A stretch of DNA of 64,000 nt from a virus: IMG/VR virus record IMGVR_UViG_3300042924_005659. One strand, given 5' to 3'. The position numbers and the translations under genes were made by a program. Positions 37,885 through 46,668 of this stretch are shown one piece after another; the stretch's first letter is position 1; each line of letters opens with the position of its first letter. Below the pieces are notes generated by a model. It made no database searches. It saw nothing but the letters and a program-made list of their open reading frames with translations, and was not told where the DNA came from.

Positions 37885-40800
37885 TTACTTACCTAGTATC
37901 TTTACGGTATCTGTTGGGCTTAGCTCACCGCGATTAAACGCCTTTATGACATCGTCCTTGGTTTGGAAGACCTTGACGTTGTCTTTATCGGGAGCCTTTT
38001 TGCTAGCTAAATAAAGACCGTATAGGAATTCGTTCTTTATGAACGGCTGCGCTTGGAACGTAGCAGCGGACATTAGGTTACGGCTAGGCAGCATGCGCTC
38101 GTAGGCTTCGGCTACTGCCTTCTCAGAACTAGGTACGTGCAATCGCATCTGGTCTCCGTCGAAGTCTGCGTTAAAGCCTACGACTACGGAAGGAGACAAC
38201 CTTAGCGTACTGCCAGTGGTAAGCTTGGGGCGTGCTGCCATGAAGTTGTACTTGTGCAGAACCGGAGCACGAGTGATCATCACCGGGCGGCGTTCCATCT
38301 CCGAAAGCAAGGCTCGACGGGCCGTAGGAGTACGGCTCTCCACCTGCTTCATGGCTTCCAAGGGATTGGCTCCAGAAGCCACCAATGCCCTTACTACATA
38401 TGGACGGAAGACAGAGAAAGCCATGTCTTCCGGTACTCCAACGTGGTCCATGTCCAGCGAAGGATCAGGGGTAATTACAGCATTTCCTACGCCTTCTACC
38501 GTGGAGCTCAGTACCTTGCGCTGGAACATCGAGAACTTGGGATTGCTGCCCAGAATATGCCGAATAAGGCCGTTGACGTTCTTCTGCTTCAGCTTAGCGC
38601 TGGCAGGATCGGCAAGACCTACGGTTGCCTTTAACATCTTATACAGAGCCAGGCGCTCCTTGCCTGTAGCTTCCTGGCCCAGCTCAGACTGCAGCTCCTT
38701 CAAGTTGCCGTTCATGCTGAACAGCTCCTTGTATAGGTAGTTCATATCCGAGACCATCTGCATGTTGCCGGTATCGGTAATGGGTCTAAAGCGAGGAGGC
38801 AGCACAGGCATGTCTTCCCAGAGGAAGTCACTAGGCTTCAGCTTGCGCTTCTGCATTCCTTCCAGATATGAAAGCTTGGAAATAGCATTGCTGCGCTTCT
38901 GGCCCTTCGATGCCGTGATCTCCCGACGAGTCTGGTCTATCTCGTTGGGAATATCCAGAGTTGCAAGCTTGGCCTCCAAGCCCTGCATGCCCTTGATGCC
39001 CTTTACGGTCTCGCCTGAAACGACGGACTCAAAGTCCTTCTTGGTCAAACCAGTCAAGGAACGAACCACGTCCTCCATGACTGGATTGACCATCTTGGCA
39101 GCAAGAGGAAAGTGTCCGAATGAAGACTGATTGACTCCGAAGATCTTCTCGTCGAAGAAGCCGCCGTCATAGGCCTTACCGGTTTTGAAGTCTATATCTC
39201 GGAAGTCCTTTACTTCTCCTCCAGACATCTTCTTAACATCGGAGCCACTCATGCCATAGATGTTTACAGCTCCGCCTTGGCGTTCGACATTTACTCCAGA
39301 GCCCTTGAGCTGAGCTACGAACTTGTCCCAAACAAATGGAACGTTGACCGAAGGAACTGGAGTTCCGGTCTTGATAGCTCTCCAGTACTCGTCGTTCTTC
39401 TGGCCACGGATAAGTCGGGCGTCCTTCAAGACCTCGATTGCACCGTGGGCCAGAATGGCATTCATGTCAGAGATCGAGATGCGCTTGGCGCCTTCTTCTC
39501 CGCCCTTGACTGGAGCTTCTTCGGTGCTGTAGCCGCCGGTGTCACGAGCGCTCAGCTTCTTCTCTGCCTGGTGGTGCAGGTTCATGAAGTAACGAGTGCC
39601 GGTAAACACATTGTCTACATTTCGGTTCAACCGAGGATCATAGATCGTCTCGGTATCCGCCATGCCGGCTTTCTTCAGCTCTCGCTGAGCGAAATCGATG
39701 AAGCTCTCGTCCATGAACGCCGGAAGTTTGACGGGCTGCCCGTTCTTAGCGGCAATCTTGCCCATTGCGGCTTCCACGGCCTGCACAGGGTTAACGCGAG
39801 TGACAAGAGCCAGGGGATTATAGATGACTTCATACGAGTTACCGTCCTTATCCTTTGGCATGTCTGCGTCAGGAATAATAGTGGAAATTACACCCTTGTC
39901 TCCGTATCGACCTACCAGCTTGTCTCCAACGGACATCGGCTTGTAGGACTTTACCGCTACTTGGTATCCACTGCGAGTCTTGGTTACGTTGGTAACTACT
40001 CCTGGCTGGCTGTGGTCCCAGGTCTGAGCACGGTTGGTATAGCTTGGCCGAGCCTTCTTCATCAGGCCGAACGTATCAGACTTACGCTCACCTACGCCTA
40101 GGATAATAGGATCGCCAGGATTAAGCACGGTGCCCGGCTTGACCACACCTGTTGCGGAGTCAAGGTTCTTGAGCTGATCCTTGTTGTACTGGCCGGGAAA
40201 TAGAGATACAAACTTGCTAAAGTTGGCTTCGTAGTCGTCCTTGCCGTCATAGCCGACGGTGTACATGTGCTCGGAGGACATCTTCTTTGCGGCGGATTCA
40301 GACATTACCACGCCGTCTTCGAAGTTGGAGCCTCCAAGCTCCGGATCTCCCCATACCGTATAGGCCACCTTCAGATTGCGACCCATGGCCATTCTGCCCT
40401 GATCGTCAGAATAGTTGGACTTAGCCAACAGCTGTCCGGGCTTGATCTGGTCTCCGATCTTGACCATCGGAGTGTTATGGATATAGGTCTTGCGATTGAA
40501 CGGAAAGTTGTTGTACAGCTCGTAGCGACGCTTTTCCTTGCCGTGCTTTACTTCGACGTAGTCCGGAGTTACCGCAGTAACCAAACCGTTGCCGAATTCC
40601 GGCTCCGACTGTACTGCGCCAAGGTGAGGAACCAGTTGCTCCTCAAACGACTTGCCTTCCGGATCATTGGGATCTAATCCCTGTACCAGGGGCGCTTCGG
40701 CCTCCTGGACAGGTAACGCTTGGGTAAAGTACTTGGAGCCCATGAGCAGTCGGCCACCCTTGATTCCAGAAATACCTGGAACAAGATTGGAGTTGACGTT

Positions 40801-42807
40801 GAACATGTTGCTGTAGGCAGGCACCTCGTACTCGACCTCTGCAGGATCGACATAGGAAATGCGGCCACGCACCATGGCTCTTACAGGATCTCCGGTCTTT
40901 GCCGAGCGTGCGAGTTCTCCTGGAAATGCGACTATAGAGTCGGTCAGTGTACGGGCAGCCACAGGTTCCATGGCTCCTGTCTTGACCTTGCGCATCTTGG
41001 AGTAAATCTGACCATCAGCTCCCTTGTAGGAGCCTACGGTAAGTCTAAGGTCGATACCTACTTTATCGGATTCCGGAGTACGTACCGGATCCAGGAAGCC
41101 TAAGTGAGAGGGCTGCACCGAACGGCTATCTACTGGAATGCCGTGTGCAGCGGAGCCTATGCCGCCTTCTCCGGTGCGGATAACTCTCATGTTCTGGTCC
41201 AGGATCTCCATCGGATTGACTTCCTCGATGGGAGCTCCCAGTCCGGAACCAAGCAATACGCCATTCAGTACAGGAGTGAATACTCCGTTCTTGAAGGCAT
41301 TGAGATTACCCTTGTTGGTAGCCTTGAACATGGCGGTGCGTAGAGTTGCACCTGCGTCCTTTTCAATGCGCTCTGAGAAGAAGTCCTCTGCGCTCAGGAA
41401 CTTCTGATAGGCCAAGGAGTCACGGTCGTCCTGATCCTCAAAACCCTTTTGAGCATTTAGAATCTTCTGAGATGCCCGCAGCAGAGTATTGCCGGTAATA
41501 CGGCCGAAGTCCTCTTCATTCAGCTGAAGCTGTTCGTAATCTGCGGCATCAAAGCCGGCAGTTTGCGGTGCTGCCTGCTTTTCGGTTAATAGGTCATTGA
41601 TGTCAGAGGCGACCTTTACACCTACTGCCAACCGGAATCCACCGCGAGGCTTGGCCTCCAACAGGAGACTTCTGCGCAACTGCTCAAGTTCCGGGCACTC
41701 GATATCGATGCAGTACTCTCCGTTGCTTGGAGGCAGCACTCCACGGATCTGATAGGTGAATCTACGGCCGGAGCCACAGGTGGCCTCAAAGCTCTTCTTG
41801 AATACTTTCTTCAGCTGACGAATCTCGTCACTAGTGATTACTATCAGCCGGCCCTTGTCGTTGACTGGGGCAATTGCCGGAGATTTATCGGAATCTCGCA
41901 GGGCATAGAACACTCCGTCAACCAGACCGGCAGGTACGGTTATGTACCCGGTGTCTTCTATCTTGAGCGTTCCGCGAATAGGCACATCTGCCTTTTTGCG
42001 AAGGGCTCCGGCATAGCTCAGAGTGCGTCGGGTAACCTCAGGATCAAGCTCCGTGGAATTCAACGCATCTTTGATTCCCTGGTAGATAGTATTGTCATCT
42101 AGTCCCTTGGAGGGATTGTTAGTAAGACGCTCATATATACGTGCTGCGTCATAGCTGGAGCCGAGCTTATTGGATTCCAGCAATTCCTTGCCCCAGGTTC
42201 TCTCCAGCACCGAATCATCGACGCCTAAAGCCTTGAACATGGGATAAGCTGGAGCAACGGACTGGCCTATCTCAGCAACAAACTTTCCCGTATCAGGCAT
42301 GAATGCAACGCGAAAACCACGACCCTTGCCGGGCATGGTGTTGAAGTGCGCCTCAAACTCACCGGACTTTCTCTTGCGGACATATGGTCCTGCAAGAAGA
42401 CGAGACTGATTAGCAACAGTGTATTCGCTGCCAGCATTTATGAAAGTACCACGGTCCGTAAGATAGGGAACACGAGCCAAGGTTATGGATCTGTCCGTCT
42501 GGTCCATTACCTGACCAGTGGCATTGTCCTTCATTACAAGCCTGCCTCTAAGAGGAACAAAGAGGCTTTGATTTTGCATCAAGGCCTCTTGCTGTTCTTT
42601 TAGAGAATACGGCTCTTCTCTGCCGTAATGAAGATCCGCAGCCTCAATTGTGTAGCGGGCATTCTGAAGCGGGAACTTCTTCGCCACCGCATTACGCACT
42701 CCATCAAATATGTTTTTACGAGTAGTGCGATAATCGCTAAAACCCCTCAGCACCGGGGCAAGAGGGGTTACGAGTTGGTTTAAGTCGTCTGCGCCGGGCG
42801 TAGGCAT
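37885..42807 (-). CDS. DNA-directed RNA polymerase: fused beta subunit plus catalytic N-terminal half of beta-prime (1640 aa)
   Basis: Beta motifs PYLTDRGTFI, HLGFLDPVRTPE, LMGSKYFTQALP, NFEDGVVMSE, GDKLVGRYGDKGVIS, YFMNLHHQ, GAKRI; beta-prime motifs GFFDEKIFG, PVLPPRFRP, SDMNYLY, RAPVLH, NADFDGD (38152-38172). Confidence 0.93.
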   Translation of the reverse strand: MPTPGADDLNQLVTPLAPVLRGFSDYRTTRKNIFDGVRNAVAKKFPLQNARYTIEAADLHYGREEPYSLKEQQEALMQNQSLFVPLRGRLVMKDNATGQVMDQTDRSITLARVPYLTDRGTFINAGSEYTVANQSRLLAGPYVRKRKSGEFEAHFNTMPGKGRGFRVAFMPDTGKFVAEIGQSVAPAYPMFKALGVDDSVLERTWGKELLESNKLGSSYDAARIYERLTNNPSKGLDDNTIYQGIKDALNSTELDPEVTRRTLSYAGALRKKADVPIRGTLKIEDTGYITVPAGLVDGVFYALRDSDKSPAIAPVNDKGRLIVITSDEIRQLKKVFKKSFEATCGSGRRFTYQIRGVLPPSNGEYCIDIECPELEQLRRSLLLEAKPRGGFRLAVGVKVASDINDLLTEKQAAPQTAGFDAADYEQLQLNEEDFGRITGNTLLRASQKILNAQKGFEDQDDRDSLAYQKFLSAEDFFSERIEKDAGATLRTAMFKATNKGNLNAFKNGVFTPVLNGVLLGSGLGAPIEEVNPMEILDQNMRVIRTGEGGIGSAAHGIPVDSRSVQPSHLGFLDPVRTPESDKVGIDLRLTVGSYKGADGQIYSKMRKVKTGAMEPVAARTLTDSIVAFPGELARSAKTGDPVRAMVRGRISYVDPAEVEYEVPAYSNMFNVNSNLVPGISGIKGGRLLMGSKYFTQALPVQEAEAPLVQGLDPNDPEGKSFEEQLVPHLGAVQSEPEFGNGLVTAVTPDYVEVKHGKEKRRYELYNNFPFNRKTYIHNTPMVKIGDQIKPGQLLAKSNYSDDQGRMAMGRNLKVAYTVWGDPELGGSNFEDGVVMSESAAKKMSSEHMYTVGYDGKDDYEANFSKFVSLFPGQYNKDQLKNLDSATGVVKPGTVLNPGDPIILGVGERKSDTFGLMKKARPSYTNRAQTWDHSQPGVVTNVTKTRSGYQVAVKSYKPMSVGDKLVGRYGDKGVISTIIPDADMPKDKDGNSYEVIYNPLALVTRVNPVQAVEAAMGKIAAKNGQPVKLPAFMDESFIDFAQRELKKAGMADTETIYDPRLNRNVDNVFTGTRYFMNLHHQAEKKLSARDTGGYSTEEAPVKGGEEGAKRISISDMNAILAHGAIEVLKDARLIRGQKNDEYWRAIKTGTPVPSVNVPFVWDKFVAQLKGSGVNVERQGGAVNIYGMSGSDVKKMSGGEVKDFRDIDFKTGKAYDGGFFDEKIFGVNQSSFGHFPLAAKMVNPVMEDVVRSLTGLTKKDFESVVSGETVKGIKGMQGLEAKLATLDIPNEIDQTRREITASKGQKRSNAISKLSYLEGMQKRKLKPSDFLWEDMPVLPPRFRPITDTGNMQMVSDMNYLYKELFSMNGNLKELQSELGQEATGKERLALYKMLKATVGLADPASAKLKQKNVNGLIRHILGSNPKFSMFQRKVLSSTVEGVGNAVITPDPSLDMDHVGVPEDMAFSVFRPYVVRALVASGANPLEAMKQVESRTPTARRALLSEMERRPVMITRAPVLHKYNFMAARPKLTTGSTLRLSPSVVVGFNADFDGDQMRLHVPSSEKAVAEAYERMLPSRNLMSAATFQAQPFIKNEFLYGLYLASKKAPDKDNVKVFQTKDDVIKAFNRGELSPTDTVKILGK

Positions 42808-42824
42808 AGAACTTGTACTCTAGC

Positions 42825-43832
42825 TTAAAGCTTGAACTTTGGCTTACCTTCTTCAGACTCTTCGAGATCAATGCCAGAAGACAAAGCACCAGAGGCAATG
42901 TCTCGCTTTAGCATGCTTTGCAACGTCTTCAGTTTTGCCTTCTCAGGATCGTCCTTCATCTTGTTGTTCATCATCCACCAACCAAGCAATGCCCCGACAC
43001 CAGGAGCAAGACCCAAGGCATAAGCAGCACCTGGAATGCTGAAACCTGGACCGTGAGGATCCTTCTCTGTAACTATTCTATCGGGAGAAATTGGATCGAA
43101 TGCAACCTTGGTAAGTGCGTCGATCTGGGCTTGAAGATCAGAAGACTGCTTTGAAAGAACCTTTTCAAATTCTTTTTTAGCCTTATCAATCTTCTTATCC
43201 ATCTTAGCTTTGCGCTGCTGATCCACTAAACGAGTACCCAGCATAAAAGTAAGAATACCTGGAGCCAGCACGGCTGCAGGAGTAGCCATACCATACAGCA
43301 TAGGTTCCGTAAGATACTCTCCGAGAGTTGTAGCTGACTTGTCGGCAGAGGATTTCGGAGACTCCATGTCTTCAATCACATCGGCAGAAAGATCTGAGGT
43401 TAGCTCATCTGCCTTTTCCGGAAGCATGTCTGCTGGATTGGAGGCCTGCTGTTCAGAAAGCAGATCTTCCAACTTATGGCTCTTTGGAATAGCTATACGC
43501 TTTTCCATGCGCTTGGCTCTGCCCTCTTGGCCAGGCAAACCAAACATGGATTCGTCGTGGAGGTATTTTGAAAGACCGTAAAGACCTGCGCCGCCTAATC
43601 CAATACCTGCGCTAATTGCAGCATAGTTAAGAAGTTGTCTTACGTTGGGATCCATAGATTCCTTCTTGCTTTCAGGCAGGTCTTCATGCTTGGTTCCGGC
43701 AAAATCTCGTACGTCCTGTTCAGACATACTAGCAGCAGCCTCTTCAGCCTTTCCAGAGCCGATAGCTTTGCCTTCTTGAATGGCTTTAACCAAGCCAAAA
43801 AAGCGTTGTTGCTTTTTGCTTTGAGCAGGCAT
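42825..43832 (-). CDS. Putative virion protein with DUF3008-like N-terminus and glycine-zipper helices
   Basis: MPAQSKKQQRFFG...ASMS...DFAGTKHEDLP resembles DUF3008 (from memory); three hydrophobic segments. Confidence 0.55.
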   Translation of the reverse strand: MPAQSKKQQRFFGLVKAIQEGKAIGSGKAEEAAASMSEQDVRDFAGTKHEDLPESKKESMDPNVRQLLNYAAISAGIGLGGAGLYGLSKYLHDESMFGLPGQEGRAKRMEKRIAIPKSHKLEDLLSEQQASNPADMLPEKADELTSDLSADVIEDMESPKSSADKSATTLGEYLTEPMLYGMATPAAVLAPGILTFMLGTRLVDQQRKAKMDKKIDKAKKEFEKVLSKQSSDLQAQIDALTKVAFDPISPDRIVTEKDPHGPGFSIPGAAYALGLAPGVGALLGWWMMNNKMKDDPEKAKLKTLQSMLKRDIASGALSSGIDLEESEEGKPKFKL

Positions 43833-43835
43833 TAA

Positions 43836-44366
43836 TTAAATTCCTAGTTTGCTTGAAAGCGAGTCTCTTAGTGCAGCTAGAAGATCTTGCTGCTCAGCCT
43901 TATTTAGCCGGCTTTCGTATCTACGCTCAAAAGCCATTGGAGTGTTGCTTGTGTTCAAGGCCGATAGAGCATCTGCAGCATCTACAAACTGAGAGAGGTA
44001 AGGACTACGCGCAGGAGAAAGATATCCTTCTCCGGTTCGCATGGGGAAATCTGCTCTTAGTTTTGCTAAGTCAGCCTTAGTACCCTCGATATTAGCCTTC
44101 TGATCGGCTAGAGAATAATCTCCCAGGGCCTTGGCTCCAGCGCCCAATCCAGCACCTACTCCTCCGCCGATAAGAGCACCCTTAAGCTTAGATTCTCCGC
44201 GCAATGCGTTAATCAAAGCACCAACGCCAGCACCGGCAAGACCTCCGCCACCTGCATAGATTGCGTAGTCCTTAAGCAAGCTGTCTGTTGGGTTAAGTGC
44301 AGCAAGAGCATCCTGCACAGTAATGTTGGATTGCTTGAGAGTCGGCAGATAATGGGAGTAGGTCAT
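43836..44366 (-). CDS. Glycine-zipper membrane protein
   Basis: GGGLAGAGVGALINALRG...GALIGGGVGAGLGAG; N-terminus MTYSHYLPTLKQS. Confidence 0.7.
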   Translation of the reverse strand: MTYSHYLPTLKQSNITVQDALAALNPTDSLLKDYAIYAGGGGLAGAGVGALINALRGESKLKGALIGGGVGAGLGAGAKALGDYSLADQKANIEGTKADLAKLRADFPMRTGEGYLSPARSPYLSQFVDAADALSALNTSNTPMAFERRYESRLNKAEQQDLLAALRDSLSSKLGI

Positions 44367-44773
44367 TAGGTAGATTCCTTTACATTGTTCGCATTTGTGT
44401 TAATGCGCATTATATCCATTTCATACAGATAGAGGTGCATTTCTTCAGCCGGAATTTGCAATAGAGCGTAGTACTTTATCCACGAAGTCCAGTTTTCTTT
44501 GGACTCAACCCACTCTGCAACCTCCGTAAAATCACACCATCCTCTGTCTTTCCATTTTACCAAAACATCCACTAATTGGTTGTACTGAGCCAGCTCCCCA
44601 TCTTTCCAGAGGCAGAACTGTCTAGAATTAAAAAATGGAGTTTCTTGTGGTCGTTTGTCTTGGCTGTCGTTTTCTTTAACTATTGGCGACACCGAGCCAA
44701 AGAATGGCGGGTCACTCAAGTTCTGGTGCTTAAAGTTAAATAACGGTACGTCAGCAGGGGATCCAATAGTCAT
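44366..44773 (-). CDS. Hypothetical protein
   Basis: ORF track; operon packing. Confidence 0.6.
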   Translation of the reverse strand: MTIGSPADVPLFNFKHQNLSDPPFFGSVSPIVKENDSQDKRPQETPFFNSRQFCLWKDGELAQYNQLVDVLVKWKDRGWCDFTEVAEWVESKENWTSWIKYYALLQIPAEEMHLYLYEMDIMRINTNANNVKEST

Positions 44774-45069
44774 GGAGGAGACTGTACCTTATCAATCTCT
44801 TCTTGTACCTTTTTACCTATTTCTTTTGCTTTAGCGGCTGCTGCTTCGCTCATGGCGGCTCTAGTAGCCCGGTATTCGTTGGAGCCGAGGTATCCCAGAC
44901 TTCCTCCGGCCAATGCACCTAGAGCTCCAGAGCCTAGACCTAAGCCTAAAGTTTGTTTAGTTTTGGGGGTTAAAAGTTTGTATAAACCATAACCGCCAGC
45001 GCCACCAATGCCGGCACCTAATAAAGCATACAATAGATCGTTAGAGTCCAAGGCAGACAGCTTTTGCAT
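44770..45069 (-). CDS. Glycine-zipper membrane protein
   Basis: LLGAGIGGAGGYG; LGLGLGSGALGALAGGSLG. Confidence 0.7.
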   Translation of the reverse strand: MQKLSALDSNDLLYALLGAGIGGAGGYGLYKLLTPKTKQTLGLGLGSGALGALAGGSLGYLGSNEYRATRAAMSEAAAAKAKEIGKKVQEEIDKVQSPP

Positions 45070-45416
45070 TACGCTAGTCCAGACTGTACCAATTTCTTGG
45101 CATTGCGATATTTGGCCAATAGGTGCAACTTCTTGGCTTCTTCTACGGCGCTATAGTTAGGAAGAATAGAGTCGTCGGGATCCAACTCAAACTTAGCCTT
45201 ATTGTAAAGGTAGTTGCTAAGAGCTCCCGCTGCAGTACCTCCAAGCAGACCCAAAGAGCCAAGGAGTAGCCCAGTATGCAGGGTATTCTTAGCTACATCG
45301 TCTACTCCGGATTGCTTATAGCCAGAAAAAGACATTAGTTCCGAAGGGAGGATTCCTAGTTCGGCAGCCTTTTCGCAAAAGCCTTGTCTAAATTCTTGTA
45401 GTTCTTCGTTGGTCAT
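45069..45416 (-). CDS. Membrane protein with glycine zipper
   Basis: GFCEKAAELG; GLLLGSLGLLGGTAAG. Confidence 0.65.
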   Translation of the reverse strand: MTNEELQEFRQGFCEKAAELGILPSELMSFSGYKQSGVDDVAKNTLHTGLLLGSLGLLGGTAAGALSNYLYNKAKFELDPDDSILPNYSAVEEAKKLHLLAKYRNAKKLVQSGLA

Positions 45417-45447
45417 AGTGTAATTCTACCTTAGTTAATAAAATTGC

Positions 45448-46668
45448 TCAAAAGGACAGCTTGCCTAGATTGATCAATGTACCTAGGGCTGCTCCTGTGC
45501 CTTGCATTAGTTTCTGCTCATTTGGCTTAAGATTAACAAACATACCTATGCCTTTGGCTGCGGCGGTTCCAGCAACAGCGCCTGCACCAGCTCCAATAGC
45601 AGCATGAGCGATATCCCTCACCGTAAACCAGGGCTTGTTGGATTCCCGGCTTGCACGAAGCATAAGTCCAGCAGCCTGGCCGTAGTCGACATACCCTGAG
45701 CGCATCTGTTCGCTGACCACGTCGGCTAAGTGAGTCCTAGCTATCTGCATGTCCATAGGTATATAGGAACCATTCTTAGTGGAACCCTTACCTTCAGCAA
45801 CAAGAGCATTAGACCCGGTCGGAATTATACCTGAGCGCCTGCGAGAATCTTGCTGCATATTTTGCTTGTCTGCTTCGGTATAGTTTTCGTTCTTCGGCAA
45901 AGACATTCTGGAGATGTCTGCCATGGTAGAAGGAGCGTTAACAAGCCACGGTGCACTCATACCGCCCAAAGCAGCCAAAGCCATCATGGCCTTTTCCTTG
46001 CCTCTAAAACGCTCCGGGAACATGTACTTAAGTACAGGAATTGCAGCTAAACCTAAACCTGTAAGCCCTACACCTGAAACAAGGTTTCCAAATCGAGTCT
46101 GTGCAGCAGGAGTAAAGCTGCCCTCGTTGTACCAAAGCCCTGGGCTATAACCCAATGCCCGTGATAGATCCGATGTCAGTGCGGCATTCTTATATGCAAA
46201 TGGAGTTGGGCTCATCTTTTTACGCATATAGTCTGCCGTGGCGGGATACAGCTTTTCAGCAGCAGTGCCGCCGACAGGCGTTTGTTGTTTGCTCTTTTCT
46301 CCCACCTGTTTTGTTGCTTTGGTAAGGTCTGCCTTCATGCTGCCAAACAAAGAGGGAAGTTTGACATAGCTGCCATCGCCACCTCCAGAAATGTTAGGCA
46401 TTCCAAATCCAGCGCCAATGCTAGTCGCAGCAGCAGACTCTTTGCTAGGAGCCTGACCTAGCTCTAAGTTGCCTATTACGTTCTTAGGAACGTGAATCTT
46501 GAAGTTGGTGGCGCTATGCGTCAAACCTACAATTCCATCCTTCTCAGAGTCTACGTAGAACTCTTTTGGAGCCTTGAGCACCAAATCGTGAATCAAGTCA
46601 TGCTTCTGAGAGTACTGTTTGGCATCAGAAAACTGCTTTGCTCTTTTAAGGTCTTTAAGTACGCTCAT
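45448..46668 (-). CDS. Putative virion protein with hydrophobic/glycine-zipper segments
   Basis: ORF track; KESA, KNAA, KNG motifs separate the domains. Confidence 0.6.
   Translation of the reverse strand: MSVLKDLKRAKQFSDAKQYSQKHDLIHDLVLKAPKEFYVDSEKDGIVGLTHSATNFKIHVPKNVIGNLELGQAPSKESAAATSIGAGFGMPNISGGGDGSYVKLPSLFGSMKADLTKATKQVGEKSKQQTPVGGTAAEKLYPATADYMRKKMSPTPFAYKNAALTSDLSRALGYSPGLWYNEGSFTPAAQTRFGNLVSGVGLTGLGLAAIPVLKYMFPERFRGKEKAMMALAALGGMSAPWLVNAPSTMADISRMSLPKNENYTEADKQNMQQDSRRRSGIIPTGSNALVAEGKGSTKNGSYIPMDMQIARTHLADVVSEQMRSGYVDYGQAAGLMLRASRESNKPWFTVRDIAHAAIGAGAGAVAGTAAAKGIGMFVNLKPNEQKLMQGTGAALGTLINLGKLSF

Noticed and set aside
39277-40101. 274-aa + strand ORF, and other + strand ORFs over 38-41 kb
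   Set aside because: Antisense shadows of the RNA polymerase gene with no recognisable motifs
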